Of a stretch of DNA of 64,000 nucleotides, positions 10,194-20,590 are shown piece after piece. The translations under genes and the position numbers were made by a program. This DNA comes from Candidatus Latescibacterota bacterium (GTDB taxonomy: Bacteria; Latescibacterota; UBA2968; GCA-2709665), in the NCBI GenBank assembly GCA_965248435.1, contig OZ252100.1, forward strand, positions 2,368,001 through 2,432,000, read 5' to 3'. Every line of letters begins with the position of its first letter. Position 1 is the stretch's first letter. The notes beneath the pieces are model-generated. The model searched no databases. It saw only the letters and a program-made list of their open reading frames with translations, and was not told the DNA's origin.

Positions 10194-10865
10194 TCAGTGA
10201 GAAAGCGCCCAGACGACCACGTTCGTGCCCATCCTGAGCGCCGCGCTCCGCTTCTCAGGGGGATCGCCGTGGACCTCCGGGTCATCCCACCCGTCTCCGA
10301 TGTCGCTGTTGAAGTTGTAGAAGACGACGAGTCGGCCCTCGTGAAAAAGACCCAAGGCCTCCGGCCGGCCTCCGTCGTGCTCGTGGATCTTCGGGAGTCC
10401 GTTCGGAAAGTCGAACGGCTCGTGAAAAATTTCGAAGGAAGGGGGCAGTTCCACGAGCTCCTTGTCCGGGAAGAGCCGGGCCAGCTCTCTACGGAACGCT
10501 CGATCCAACCCGTAGTCGTCGTTCGCAAGCAGAAATCCCCCGTGTTCCAGGTAGATCCGGAGCCGCCGAACCTCCGCTTCCGTGAACCGGATGTTGCCGT
10601 GTCCTGTCAGGTAAAGGATCGGGTAGGCGAAGAGGTCTTCATCCATAATCTCCACGTGGGCTTCCCCATCCCCCGTCTGGATCGGTGTCTGCTCACGAAT
10701 GAAGGCCAGGAGGTTCGGAATCTCAGTAGGGCCGTTGTACCAATCGCCGCCGCCCCCGTAATCGAGTCTCGCGATCGTAGGGGCTTCCCCGGGCGCGCTC
10801 GACTGAGCAGACGCTTCAAAGAAGCTGATGCCGACCAACGTTAGGGCGAAAAGCGTCGATTTCAC
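10194..10865 (-). CDS. DUF4159 family secreted protein (probable GTG start 10865; ORF to 10925)
   Basis: RLDYGGGGDWY, YPILYLTGHG, GGFLLANDDYG, DIGDGW motifs; AGGAG upstream of GTG. Confidence 0.88.
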   Translation of the reverse strand: MKSTLFALTLVGISFFEASAQSSAPGEAPTIARLDYGGGGDWYNGPTEIPNLLAFIREQTPIQTGDGEAHVEIMDEDLFAYPILYLTGHGNIRFTEAEVRRLRIYLEHGGFLLANDDYGLDRAFRRELARLFPDKELVELPPSFEIFHEPFDFPNGLPKIHEHDGGRPEALGLFHEGRLVVFYNFNSDIGDGWDDPEVHGDPPEKRSAALRMGTNVVVWALSH

Positions 10866-10878
10866 AGCACAGAATCTC

Positions 10879-12366
10879 CTAAGGCTCGCGCCCGGCCCCG
10901 GTTTCCCGATCCACACGCAGTCCAACGATCGCGCGCATCCGTTCCCACTCGCGGGGCTCGAAAAAGTTCCATCCCCAGAGGATCAGCGGATAGCCGAGGA
11001 GCAGGAGACCGCGGGCCACCACCCCTTCAGCGGTCGACTCTCGAACAAAGGTGGTGATCGCGATGAACAGAACCAAGCCCACGAACCCGATCTTCAGCAG
11101 GCGGCCTCGTTCGTAGGCCACGCTGTAGAACCTTCGCGTGCTCAGGTAGAGCGCCGCAGCCATGAGCGCATAGGCCGCGACCGTACCCCAGGCCGCACCG
11201 ATGATCCCGATTCGAGGAATCAGGATGACGTTCAGGACAACGTTCGTCGCCGCTCCGGCGCTTACGATGCCCGGAAGCATTCGGGTCCGCGATTCGACGT
11301 ACACGCCCCCCGTAAAGATCACGTAGATACCGTAAAACAAGAAGCCAAGCGTCACGAGCGGGATCACCCGCTGCCCTTCAAGATAGATCGCCGCGTTCTC
11401 GCCCGAAACCAGCTGGATCAACTCGCTTGAGAAGGCCGTCATCCCCAGAAAGAGGAGCACGCCCCCGAGACAGAAGTAGGTTGCGATCTGGGCGCTCAGT
11501 CTGCGGCCCTCATCAGAATCAGTGAGCGACAGAAGCGCCGGCGCCCAGGCCGAGCGAAATGCTCGAACGACGAGCAGCATCGGCAGCCCGAGCTTGCAAA
11601 CGATTCCGTACACACCCGCCATTTCAAGCCCGAGGAAAAACTTCACGAGAAAACGGTCCGACAGGTTGATCACCATCGCGGCCAGGGCCGAGGGAACAAA
11701 CGGGATCCCGAAGGCCAGGAGTTCCCGCGTTCGACCTGGAGAGTAAGCAAGGCGAAGGTGAGAGATTCCGAAAGGAAAGAGGGCAACAAACGCAAAACCC
11801 GAGCTGACCAGATTGCTCCAAAAGACCGCGCGTACGCCCACGCCGACTCCGGCGATCAGATAGATCGTGAGCCCCATCTGAACGCTGTGCTGAACGAACT
11901 TGATCGCTGCGTAGGTCGCTGACCGCTGCTGCGCGCGGCAGAGGGTGAAGAGCGGCTCGGCGAGGCTGTCGAGCAGGACGATGGCCGCCAGAAGCCGGAA
12001 GATTTCAGAGTAATCGGCTGAACCCAGGATCCGGCGCGACAGAACATCCGCCCCCACCCACATAGCGGCCGAAAACAACGCAGCCACAGCGAACAGGGTC
12101 CAGAACGCAGAGCTGAACCGGGCGCGCCGGAGACCTTCATCCGCCTCTGCCGACAGATACCGAATCAGCGCCTGGTTTAGCCCCAGCGAATAGACGACTG
12201 TCGTGAAACCGATAAAGGCGTAGGCAAGGGCCATGACGCCGTTGTCCCCGGCACTCAGCATCCGGGCGTAGAGAGGCACCAGGAGGAAGGTGACGGCCCG
12301 TCCCAGCAGGTCGCCCACGCCATAGACGGCCGTGTGTCTCGCCAGGGATTTGATGGAGTCAGGCAT
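10879..12366 (-). CDS. Oligosaccharide flippase (Wzx/MOP family)
   Basis: IKSLARHTAVYGVG N-terminus, many TM helices, LIPRIGIIGAAWGT. Confidence 0.9.
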   Translation of the reverse strand: MPDSIKSLARHTAVYGVGDLLGRAVTFLLVPLYARMLSAGDNGVMALAYAFIGFTTVVYSLGLNQALIRYLSAEADEGLRRARFSSAFWTLFAVAALFSAAMWVGADVLSRRILGSADYSEIFRLLAAIVLLDSLAEPLFTLCRAQQRSATYAAIKFVQHSVQMGLTIYLIAGVGVGVRAVFWSNLVSSGFAFVALFPFGISHLRLAYSPGRTRELLAFGIPFVPSALAAMVINLSDRFLVKFFLGLEMAGVYGIVCKLGLPMLLVVRAFRSAWAPALLSLTDSDEGRRLSAQIATYFCLGGVLLFLGMTAFSSELIQLVSGENAAIYLEGQRVIPLVTLGFLFYGIYVIFTGGVYVESRTRMLPGIVSAGAATNVVLNVILIPRIGIIGAAWGTVAAYALMAAALYLSTRRFYSVAYERGRLLKIGFVGLVLFIAITTFVRESTAEGVVARGLLLLGYPLILWGWNFFEPREWERMRAIVGLRVDRETGAGREP

Positions 12367-12511
12367 GGGTCAAATAGAGGGCGGTCGCTTCAACTGCGAT
12401 TTGGGATTGTGGATTTCGGATTGGTTATTCACCACCGATCAAGTCTCGGTAAAACAGGTAGGAGCCAACTCCCGTTGGCGACGACGAGCATCGCGACCTG
12501 ATGACTCGCCA

Positions 12512-14953
12512 CTACAATAGCGATGTAGGATCCATATCGATATCCAGCGTCACCGCGGAACGCCGATGACCCTTCCGGTCTCCGAACCGGGCCCGCGCAT
12601 CCCGCGCGGTGGCGTTCAGTTTCGCGGGAGATGCAGACTGGAGCATCATCTGCCATCGGAAATACCCTCTGATGCGACCGATGGGGGCCTGCACTGGGCC
12701 CAGAATGCGGACGGAAGGAGGGAGATGCGGTCGCAGTCTCATCTCGCATCGCTCTGCCGACTGAACGACCTCGTCCTCATCTCTTCCTCGGAAGAGGAGC
12801 AGCGCAAGCCGGCCGAACGGGGGATACCCCAGTCCTTTCCTCACCTCGAGCTCACGACTCGCAAAGCTCAGAAAATCGTGCCTCCGCGCGAAGCCTAGGG
12901 CTTCGCCATCCGGCAGATAGGTTTGAACGACGACCTCTCCAGGAACTTCCCCTCTGCCTGCACGCCCGCTCACCTGAACGAGCAGCTGAAACGTGCGCTC
13001 ACCTGCTCGAAAATCGGGCAGATGGATCGCGGTATCCCCGGAAATCACACCCACCAGCGTGACTCCCGGGAAGTCCAATCCCTTCGCCACCATTTGTGTA
13101 CCCAGCAGGATATCGGCTTCGCCCCTGCGGAACGACTCCAGGATCTGATCGTGCGCCCCTTTGCCCCGAGTGGTATCCACATCCATCCGAAGCACGCTCG
13201 CATCTGGAAACTGTTGCTTAAGAGTTTCTTCCACGCGCTGGGTGCCAACCCCGTACCGCTCGAGTTTCGCTCCCCCGCACGATGGGCAGACGTCCGGCGC
13301 CCCCGACGTGCTGCCGCAATAGTGGCAAACCAGTCTCCTGCCCTCTGCGTGATAGGTCATCGTGACCTGACACGCCCTGCACTCGATTGCCTTACCGCAG
13401 CCTGCGCATTGCACGTAAGGTGAATAACCTCTCCGATTCTGGAGGAGGATAATCCGCTCTCCCTTACCCAGCCGGTCCAGCATCTTTTCCCTCAGGATGC
13501 GCGAGATGACCTGACCTTGCTCCTCCTTGAGATCGACGAGCGTAACTTCGGGAAGCGGCCGCGCGTCCACGCGCTCCGGAAGGACCAGGAGGTTGAACTT
13601 GTCCGTTCCAGCATTGTGGAACGACTCCAGCGATGGGGTTGCCGACCCGAGGACAACGCACGCCTCTTCCATCCGGCCTCTCATCACCGCCACGTCTCTT
13701 GCGTGGTAGCGCGGGCTTGGATCTGTCTGCTTATAGGAAGCATCGTGCTCTTCGTCCACCACGATCAACCCCAGGTTCCGCACAGGTGCGAATACGGCGG
13801 AGCGTGCGCCCACGACGATGGGGCGATTCCCGCGGAGCACCTCTCTCCACGCATCGTAGCGTTCTCCCTCGGAAAGACCGCTGTGCACGACCGCAACGAG
13901 GTCGCCGAAACGCACCTTGAAATGGCGCACCGTCTGGGGTGTCAGGGAAATCTCCGGCACGAGCACCAGCACTCCGCGATCCTGCTCCAGCGCGCGGGCG
14001 ACCGCTTCCAGATAGACCCGTGTCTTGCCGCTCCCTGTAACTCCATAGAGGAGATGGCATCCATACACGCTGGCATCCAGGTTCTGACGGATGCCGTCGA
14101 GGGCCTCTGATTGAGACAGGGTCAGTGCACCTTCCTCTTGCGGTGTCGGGTCCAGGTTCGCGTATGGATCCCTCACGACCTCCTGATAGTCAAGACGCAC
14201 GAGTTTTCTCTCAGCGAGGGCCCTCACGATCCCTGAATCGATTCCGCTATCCCGAAGCTCCGAAGACCGGAGCCGCCCCCCGGAGGACCAGAGGCGACGG
14301 AGGCATTCTCCCTGCCTCGGTGCGCGCTTTTCGATGCCCGGGAGTTCCAGCTCCATCCACTTCGAGTCCTGGGGAACCAGTTCAACAACGCGCTCCCGTT
14401 TGGGTCTGACCCTCGGATCACGCATCTCCTGATACGTCGTGAGCACGCCTCGCCTGACCAGGCCCGCGACGGCACCCCGGATATCTCGATTCCCGAGGCG
14501 GCGTTCGATTTGTCGAAGGGTGGCCGAGCCTTTGGCCTGCATCTGCTCCAGAACAGCACGTTGTGGAGGCGTTAACAAATCCTCCTCCACCTCCACCGTG
14601 TCGTCGAGCGCGACGCGCTGCCCGCTCACCGTATGAATCCCTGCCGGAAGGGCCGCCTTGATTACGGACGAAAGAGAACAGACATAATACCCCGCGATCC
14701 ATCGGCAAAGCTCCAACAAACGCTCCGAAAGAACCGGATAGGGGTCCAGAAGGAGGCCCACCGATTTGATACCCTCTAACTCGCATCGATCTGTTTGGCG
14801 CACGACGATCCCTGTCGTCCACCGCAGCCCGAGAGGAATGAGCACCCGGCTGCCGACTTGGACGCAATCCGCCAGATCCTCGGGTAGCTCGTATGTCATT
14901 TCGCGATCGATGCGGGCACCGAGCGGTAGAACATCTACAAAGGGTAAGGGCAT
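12512..14953 (-). CDS. priA: Primosomal protein N' (replication restart helicase)
   Basis: GVTGSGKT, VPEISLTPQ, DEEHD, CxxC zinc motifs, GTQMVAKGLDFP, QVSGRAGR. Confidence 0.97.
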   Translation of the reverse strand: MPLPFVDVLPLGARIDREMTYELPEDLADCVQVGSRVLIPLGLRWTTGIVVRQTDRCELEGIKSVGLLLDPYPVLSERLLELCRWIAGYYVCSLSSVIKAALPAGIHTVSGQRVALDDTVEVEEDLLTPPQRAVLEQMQAKGSATLRQIERRLGNRDIRGAVAGLVRRGVLTTYQEMRDPRVRPKRERVVELVPQDSKWMELELPGIEKRAPRQGECLRRLWSSGGRLRSSELRDSGIDSGIVRALAERKLVRLDYQEVVRDPYANLDPTPQEEGALTLSQSEALDGIRQNLDASVYGCHLLYGVTGSGKTRVYLEAVARALEQDRGVLVLVPEISLTPQTVRHFKVRFGDLVAVVHSGLSEGERYDAWREVLRGNRPIVVGARSAVFAPVRNLGLIVVDEEHDASYKQTDPSPRYHARDVAVMRGRMEEACVVLGSATPSLESFHNAGTDKFNLLVLPERVDARPLPEVTLVDLKEEQGQVISRILREKMLDRLGKGERIILLQNRRGYSPYVQCAGCGKAIECRACQVTMTYHAEGRRLVCHYCGSTSGAPDVCPSCGGAKLERYGVGTQRVEETLKQQFPDASVLRMDVDTTRGKGAHDQILESFRRGEADILLGTQMVAKGLDFPGVTLVGVISGDTAIHLPDFRAGERTFQLLVQVSGRAGRGEVPGEVVVQTYLPDGEALGFARRHDFLSFASRELEVRKGLGYPPFGRLALLLFRGRDEDEVVQSAERCEMRLRPHLPPSVRILGPVQAPIGRIRGYFRWQMMLQSASPAKLNATARDARARFGDRKGHRRSAVTLDIDMDPTSLL

Positions 14954-14957
14954 CCGG

Positions 14958-15824
14958 TCAGAGATTTTCGGATGGGTTGGGGGGTGTGGAGGTGGAAGGC
15001 AGAACTTCTTCCACCCAGACGCTCTTTCTTGAAATCTGGAGGCGGAGCTTGTGGCCAGGTCTTCCGATCTGTTTCAAACGATGGCCCTGAAGTGAAAACC
15101 TCAGGGCATCGGCCTCCCCGACTTCGATGCGGAACCGATTAAGAGCCGACCACGAGCGCGTGTCCCCTGCAGGCAGCATTCCCTCAAAGACGACCCTGTC
15201 GTCGGCGAGCACCAATGCGCTCGTCCGACTCAGGGCCTCCACGCCCAGGTTCAACGCGGTGTCCTCGAGATTGGTGGGAATATCTGTTGAAAAAGAATAG
15301 GCAGAAACGACCCGGTCTCGAGGAACGGTGTGGGGCTCCGATCTGGATCGAGGGCTGGAGAGAGACGGCGAGCTTTTACCCGATACATCTGCCGCATCCC
15401 GAGTAGCGATTTCTTCATCCAAAAGGGCATGTCGACGCGGCCAGAGCTCCCCGCCCTTGAGGGCGATTCCACCGATGCCGGCCGCAACGACGATTCCGGC
15501 GATCACTGCAAGGACCCGCGAGATTCGGCGGCCCTTTTCTTTCGTTGAAGCCGGGACAGGGTCAGGACTCGGAGGAGGTGGGGACAGGTAGGCTTCGTAG
15601 CGGGAAAGGATCTCTCCGGTAGAGAGGCCGATTTCTTGAGCGTACTTCTTCAGAAACAGTCGGACATACGCCTCGGGCAGAACCTTGAAGTTCCCGGACT
15701 CGAGGGCCTCCAGAAAGCTGCGATTGATGCGTGTCCGTTTAAACAGATCTTCGAGAGATAGGCCGGACTTCTCTCGGAGCGCCTTGAGCTCTACCGAAAA
15801 ATCACCCGGCTTGGATTTCGACAA
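14958..15824 (-). CDS. RodZ-like helix-turn-helix membrane protein
   Basis: N-terminal XRE HTH (LREKSGLSLEDL..RTRI...LEALESGNF..LP..YVR.FL..YA), single TM, DUF4115-like C-terminus. Confidence 0.8.
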   Translation of the reverse strand: MSKSKPGDFSVELKALREKSGLSLEDLFKRTRINRSFLEALESGNFKVLPEAYVRLFLKKYAQEIGLSTGEILSRYEAYLSPPPPSPDPVPASTKEKGRRISRVLAVIAGIVVAAGIGGIALKGGELWPRRHALLDEEIATRDAADVSGKSSPSLSSPRSRSEPHTVPRDRVVSAYSFSTDIPTNLEDTALNLGVEALSRTSALVLADDRVVFEGMLPAGDTRSWSALNRFRIEVGEADALRFSLQGHRLKQIGRPGHKLRLQISRKSVWVEEVLPSTSTPPNPSENL

Positions 15825-15924
15825 CGGAACGCCCCTTCATCGTTCAGCCTCCCGGAAAACACAAAGCCCGTCCTCTTGAGATCTTTGGCCAGATCTCTGT
15901 TTCCAGAGGACACGCAGACAGCTC

Positions 15925-16548
15925 CTAAAACCTCGCTGATCCGGGACCGGGAGCATCTCCAGGAATCAATGACCAGGGGGACTGCCCGAGACGTTCCTCC
16001 AGGAGGCCCCAAAGACACGCCAGCGGGAGTCCCACTACATTATAAAAACATCCTGAGACCGATTCGACAAACATCCCCGCGACTCCCTGCGCCGCGTAGG
16101 CACCCGCCTTGTCCATCGACTCCCCGACGGCAAGGTAGCGGTCTATGTCTTCGTCTGAAAGTCGCCGGAGGGAAACGTCGGTGACGGCAACGTCCTCGCT
16201 GGAACGGTCCCGACCCGATTCGATCAACGTCATCCCGGTGTAAACACGGTGTCCGCGTCCGGAAAGCTTCCTCAGCATACGAGCCGCGTCTTCCTGGTTG
16301 GCTGGTTTTTCAAGGACTTCACCGTCTACCACGACGATCGTATCGGCCCCGAGTACGAGTTCACCCTCAAAACCGGTGGCCACGGCCTCGGATTTTCTCC
16401 GCGAAACCTCCAGGACCCGTTCCTCCGGCGTTAGAGCCGAATCCACGGATTCTGAAGCGTGACTGGGAACGGCGCGGAATGGCATTCCCACCATCCTCAA
16501 AAGGGCAGCCCTCCTGGGAGACGCGGAGGCGAGGATCAATCGATTCAT
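15925..16548 (-). CDS. maf: Maf family nucleoside triphosphate pyrophosphatase
   Basis: LILASASPRR, LGADTIV, DKAGAY, NVVGLP. Confidence 0.95.
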   Translation of the reverse strand: MNRLILASASPRRAALLRMVGMPFRAVPSHASESVDSALTPEERVLEVSRRKSEAVATGFEGELVLGADTIVVVDGEVLEKPANQEDAARMLRKLSGRGHRVYTGMTLIESGRDRSSEDVAVTDVSLRRLSDEDIDRYLAVGESMDKAGAYAAQGVAGMFVESVSGCFYNVVGLPLACLWGLLEERLGQSPWSLIPGDAPGPGSARF

Positions 16549-16988
16549 CCGGGGCTTTCCAACATAAGAGTGACGGGTCCATCATTACAGAGCTCGACTT
16601 CCATGTGGGCCCCGAACTCCCCTGTCTTTACCGGGACGCCCAGCCCTCGCAGAACTTCAACGAACTTCTCATAATACGTCCGCGCAATCTCGGGATCGGC
16701 GGCATCCACGAAGCTCGGCCTGCGACCCTTCCTCGTGTCCCCGTAGAGCGTGAACTGAGAGACGACCATGGCCTCTCCGCCGACCTCCATAAGGGACCGA
16801 TTCATCTTCCCGTGCTCGTCTTCGAAAATCCTGAGATGGGCGCATTTGTCCGCGAGGAACCGAACATCGTCTGCCGTGTCCTCGCTCCCGACCCCGAGCA
16901 GGATCAAGAGGCCCTTCCCGATCTGGACCCGTTCAAACCCCTCGGCTTCCACGGCGGAACGGCTGACCCTCTGAACAAGCGCCCGCAA
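16545..16988 (-). CDS. dtd: D-aminoacyl-tRNA deacylase (probable TTG start 16988)
   Basis: RALVQRV, LRIFED..GKMN, VSQFTL, NDGPVT; AAAGGGG upstream of TTG. Confidence 0.95.
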   Translation of the reverse strand: MRALVQRVSRSAVEAEGFERVQIGKGLLILLGVGSEDTADDVRFLADKCAHLRIFEDEHGKMNRSLMEVGGEAMVVSQFTLYGDTRKGRRPSFVDAADPEIARTYYEKFVEVLRGLGVPVKTGEFGAHMEVELCNDGPVTLMLESPG

Positions 16989-17106
16989 GTTGCCCCTTTC
17001 TTGATGCGATTTTGGCCCATCCAAATTTGGATAATGTGCTTTAATTTATCCTATTTAGGACACTTACGCAAGGTTTATCAAGGCGAGAGGACACGCCCCG
17101 CTTCGG

Positions 17107-19437
17107 CTAGACCCCGTAGCCACCCTCCCGGTACTCCCATTTGATCTGAGGGATCCCCTTGATGTTGATTCGGAAGTAAAATCCACGGTTGAACCCCGTG
17201 GGGTACCACGAAAATCGGGCCTCCCAGCAGTGCAGGTCCCGATACACCGACATGTTCTGGGCTGTCAGATCGCGCCTCTCGATATCGTAGTTGATTCCGT
17301 AATTGATCCGCCACGCCCGCGTGGGATTGAACCCGAGGTCGGCCTTCACCCAGGACCGCGTCACACTCGACGCCCCCTTACTGACGCTGTAATAGTGGGT
17401 GAGGTTGGCCTGCCACGGATTCGTGACATCTCCAACGCCCTCGTAAAGGTCTCGCTCAAAACCGAAGTCCGGCGACGCGGTCGAAATCGGCGGGGGCCCG
17501 TCCACCTCTGTATCGCGTGTGTCGCGAACGCCTCGAAATCGGAAGTTTGAAGTAACGGATAGGTTCTGCAGACGAGGGCTGAGTATCGACAGACGATCCT
17601 GATCATCGTAAAAGTTGTGTGTCATCGACAGCCGAACATCCACCCGACGGTCCGGTTTGATCGAGGCCGTCGTGCGCAGCAGCTCCCACTTTCGTACGGA
17701 AACGTCGAACTGATAGCCCGTGGAAAAGTTCATGGTCGCAAATGTGGACCGCCGCTCTTTGCCTTCTTCGTCCGTCTTGATTTCGAGCGAATTGCCCAGA
17801 CCCATTCCAAGACTCCGTCTCGGATCACCGGCGGACCGATTTCCCCCGAACCCGAAGGTGCCCCCATCCACGGCTGCGGACTGACTGTATCGAAAATCGA
17901 CTCGCGGCTGCAGACGGTGCCGGACCCCGCGAAGCCGGCCGACGTGAGGCCCAAAGATGCCGTAGAGCGTCGTTCTCGTGGAAAGGTTCGCGGTATAGGT
18001 CTCTCTTCGAGTCGGTCGGTCCTGATCGTTTCTGGACAGCTGCTGCGAAGTGGAAAACGAAGGGGAAACATCCACGATGTCGAAGGCCCGGTGCTGGCTG
18101 TTCAGCGAGAACCGCCCTCTCAGACCAAGGTCCTCGGTATCCTGGGCATCATCCGGTCCTCGGGTGAAATCGTTGTCCAACTCTCCGGAAAAGTTGTAAA
18201 AGATCGAATGGTACCACGAGCGAGGCAGGGTGGACGAACGGTCCCGATCTCCCCATAGGGGCCGCCTTCCCTGGCGAAACGAGAGTCGCGGGAACCCCTG
18301 AAAACTGTTCCGCTTCTCGACAAGGTCTCGGTAGAAGGTTGTGCTCGCGTCCAGGCTTCGTCCCGACTCTGTCCATTTTTTGTCCAGGGAGAGACTCGAC
18401 CTGAGCTGCCGGTTAAGCGCCCGATAAAGGTCATTGCTGTTGCGCTGCTCGAAGCTGGCGCTGCTGAATGACCCATTGCCTCGCAAGTTGAGCGTGGGAC
18501 TCAGGCGCTGTTGGTGCCTCACGTTCAGCCGCCAGTTTCGAGACCCCGTTCGGTTCTCGAAAGAGAGGGCCGCCGCCCCGTTGATGCGCTGTCTCACATT
18601 GTAGGCAAAATCGGTGTCGATCAGGAAGCCGCCCGTTTCTCTGAAGGTCGTTTGGACCGTGGCATCCCAATAGTCGCTCGGCGCGAAATAGTAGCCGAGG
18701 TTGCTGACAAAGAACCCGTCCCTGCTGTTGCTGCCCACGTTCGGCGTCAGCACGCCGGACTGTCGTCCCGCCGTCTTCGTCGGAAACACAAAGAACGGCA
18801 GCCAGGCAACCGGCACCGGCCCGATGCGGAACGTCACGGACCGCCCGATGGCCTTTTCGTCTTGCAGCACCTTCACATTTCTACACAGAAAGTCGTAATG
18901 CACGTGGTCCCTGTTGCACGTGGAAATGGACAGATTCCTGGCGTGCAGCTCCCTATCTGGGTCGAGCAGGATATTCTCCCCCTGATAATACTTACCCAGA
19001 TAGGCAGCTCGGCCCCCGCTCACCTTTCCGCGTCCCCTCTCGAGGTCGTAGACCAGGCGGGTCCCGGAAAATCGTTCCCCACCCTGGATCAAGACGGGCG
19101 GGTCGATGCGTTTCTTTCCGGTCGAGTCCGGGAGCGCTTCAGCCGTCAATGTCTGCGCCTCTTTGTCCAGCTCGATCCATCCCGCTCTCAACTCCGTTCC
19201 CCGGTACCGAAGCACCGCGCGGCCCTCCAGGATCACGCGTCCACCGGCAAGGTCGTCGATGACCCGATCCGCCTCATACTCGTAAAGGGCAGAATCGGAC
19301 CGCGCTGGAACGGCCGGTTTGACCTGTGCACGGGGATGCGGCACGGCGCAGAAACAGATGATTATGATGATCATAATGTAAAGGAACGAGACGACCCTTC
19401 GGCCGAGGCTTCCTTGTGTTTTATTTGAATAATTCAT
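17107..19437 (-). CDS. lptD: Putative LPS-assembly protein LptD (FCB type)
   Basis: OstA-like N-terminus, STCNRDHVHY, LPFFVFP..GRQSGVLTP, C-terminal YRDLHCWE...FYFRINIK. Confidence 0.88.
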   Translation of the reverse strand: MNYSNKTQGSLGRRVVSFLYIMIIIIICFCAVPHPRAQVKPAVPARSDSALYEYEADRVIDDLAGGRVILEGRAVLRYRGTELRAGWIELDKEAQTLTAEALPDSTGKKRIDPPVLIQGGERFSGTRLVYDLERGRGKVSGGRAAYLGKYYQGENILLDPDRELHARNLSISTCNRDHVHYDFLCRNVKVLQDEKAIGRSVTFRIGPVPVAWLPFFVFPTKTAGRQSGVLTPNVGSNSRDGFFVSNLGYYFAPSDYWDATVQTTFRETGGFLIDTDFAYNVRQRINGAAALSFENRTGSRNWRLNVRHQQRLSPTLNLRGNGSFSSASFEQRNSNDLYRALNRQLRSSLSLDKKWTESGRSLDASTTFYRDLVEKRNSFQGFPRLSFRQGRRPLWGDRDRSSTLPRSWYHSIFYNFSGELDNDFTRGPDDAQDTEDLGLRGRFSLNSQHRAFDIVDVSPSFSTSQQLSRNDQDRPTRRETYTANLSTRTTLYGIFGPHVGRLRGVRHRLQPRVDFRYSQSAAVDGGTFGFGGNRSAGDPRRSLGMGLGNSLEIKTDEEGKERRSTFATMNFSTGYQFDVSVRKWELLRTTASIKPDRRVDVRLSMTHNFYDDQDRLSILSPRLQNLSVTSNFRFRGVRDTRDTEVDGPPPISTASPDFGFERDLYEGVGDVTNPWQANLTHYYSVSKGASSVTRSWVKADLGFNPTRAWRINYGINYDIERRDLTAQNMSVYRDLHCWEARFSWYPTGFNRGFYFRINIKGIPQIKWEYREGGYGV

Positions 19438-19483
19438 ACCTTAGTCGGAATTACCTCACTCAAATCGCTGAAAGGACAGACAT

Positions 19484-20554
19484 TTGGCCGCCATTGAAAT
19501 CATCGACAGAGGCTGGATCGACAGACGCGACTCCTCGTTTCCACAGGCCGTGCTGCTTCCGAATGACGATATCCTTTGCTCGTTCAACGTTGGAGGTACT
19601 GGTTTTGCCACAGGCGGCTCAGACTGGGCCCGTTCCACCGACGGCGGATCAACCTGGACCGTCGAGGGGACCATCCTTCCTATGGGGACCGATCCATTCA
19701 GTTCGAGTCTCCTGAAGCTTTCGGGCGCTCCCGATGGAAGCGTGATCTACGCCTACGGATCACGGTCCTACCGACGACCGGACCAGCGCTTCGAGGACGG
19801 GGCTCACACCGAACCGGTGCTCTGTCGCTCGATGGACGGAGGGCGCACGTGGTCCGACCCGCAGGTCATTCCCGTACCCGTGGACTGCCCGCTCGAGATC
19901 TCTCACGGCCTCCTTCCCCTTTCCTCCGGCAGGCTCCTTTGCCCGGCAGCGACGCTGCCTGGAAAGGATCGCCTGGGCGAGCAGGTGATCGTCACCATAT
20001 CGGACGACGGCGGTCACTCCTGGCCCCAGCACGCCGTCGTTTTTCAGGACCCTCAGGAACGCTTCGGGTATTTCGAGCAGAAGTTCGCCGAAATCGCCCC
20101 CGGTCGCTTGATGGCCGTATGCTGGACCGTCACACTGAAAGAACTGGAAGACCAGCCGGACAGCTTCGCCATCTCCGACGACGGCGGATCCACCTGGGGA
20201 CCAGCTTTCTCCACCGGAATCTACGGCCAGACCATGACCCCGATCCCTCTTGGAGGCGACCGCCTCCTTGTACTCTACAACCGGCGATACGGAGAGCAGG
20301 CCATTGTCGCTGCCCTTGTCACCTTTTCGGATCAGGACTGGACGGTCCATCTCGAAGACATCCTCTACGATGCAGGGGGCGACCACAAACGACCTGAGGC
20401 CGGGCTCGACACGTCCTTGGACGAACTGCACGATTTCGCCTTCGGTTTTCCGACGGCGATCCGACTGAAAGACGACACTTTTCTGGCCACACATTGGTGC
20501 AAGGAAGAGGGGCGCTTCGGAATTCGATGGACAAAGCTTCGTCTCGACTGGTAA
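19484..20554 (+). CDS. Sialidase/BNR-repeat beta-propeller protein
   Basis: Four Asp-box motifs (STDGGSTW, SMDGGRTW, SDDGGHSW, SDDGGSTW); TTG start with AAAGGA. Confidence 0.85.
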   Translation: MAAIEIIDRGWIDRRDSSFPQAVLLPNDDILCSFNVGGTGFATGGSDWARSTDGGSTWTVEGTILPMGTDPFSSSLLKLSGAPDGSVIYAYGSRSYRRPDQRFEDGAHTEPVLCRSMDGGRTWSDPQVIPVPVDCPLEISHGLLPLSSGRLLCPAATLPGKDRLGEQVIVTISDDGGHSWPQHAVVFQDPQERFGYFEQKFAEIAPGRLMAVCWTVTLKELEDQPDSFAISDDGGSTWGPAFSTGIYGQTMTPIPLGGDRLLVLYNRRYGEQAIVAALVTFSDQDWTVHLEDILYDAGGDHKRPEAGLDTSLDELHDFAFGFPTAIRLKDDTFLATHWCKEEGRFGIRWTKLRLDW

Positions 20555-20590
20555 GTCCTCCCCGTCCCCATCTTAGAAAAGAAAATAGGC

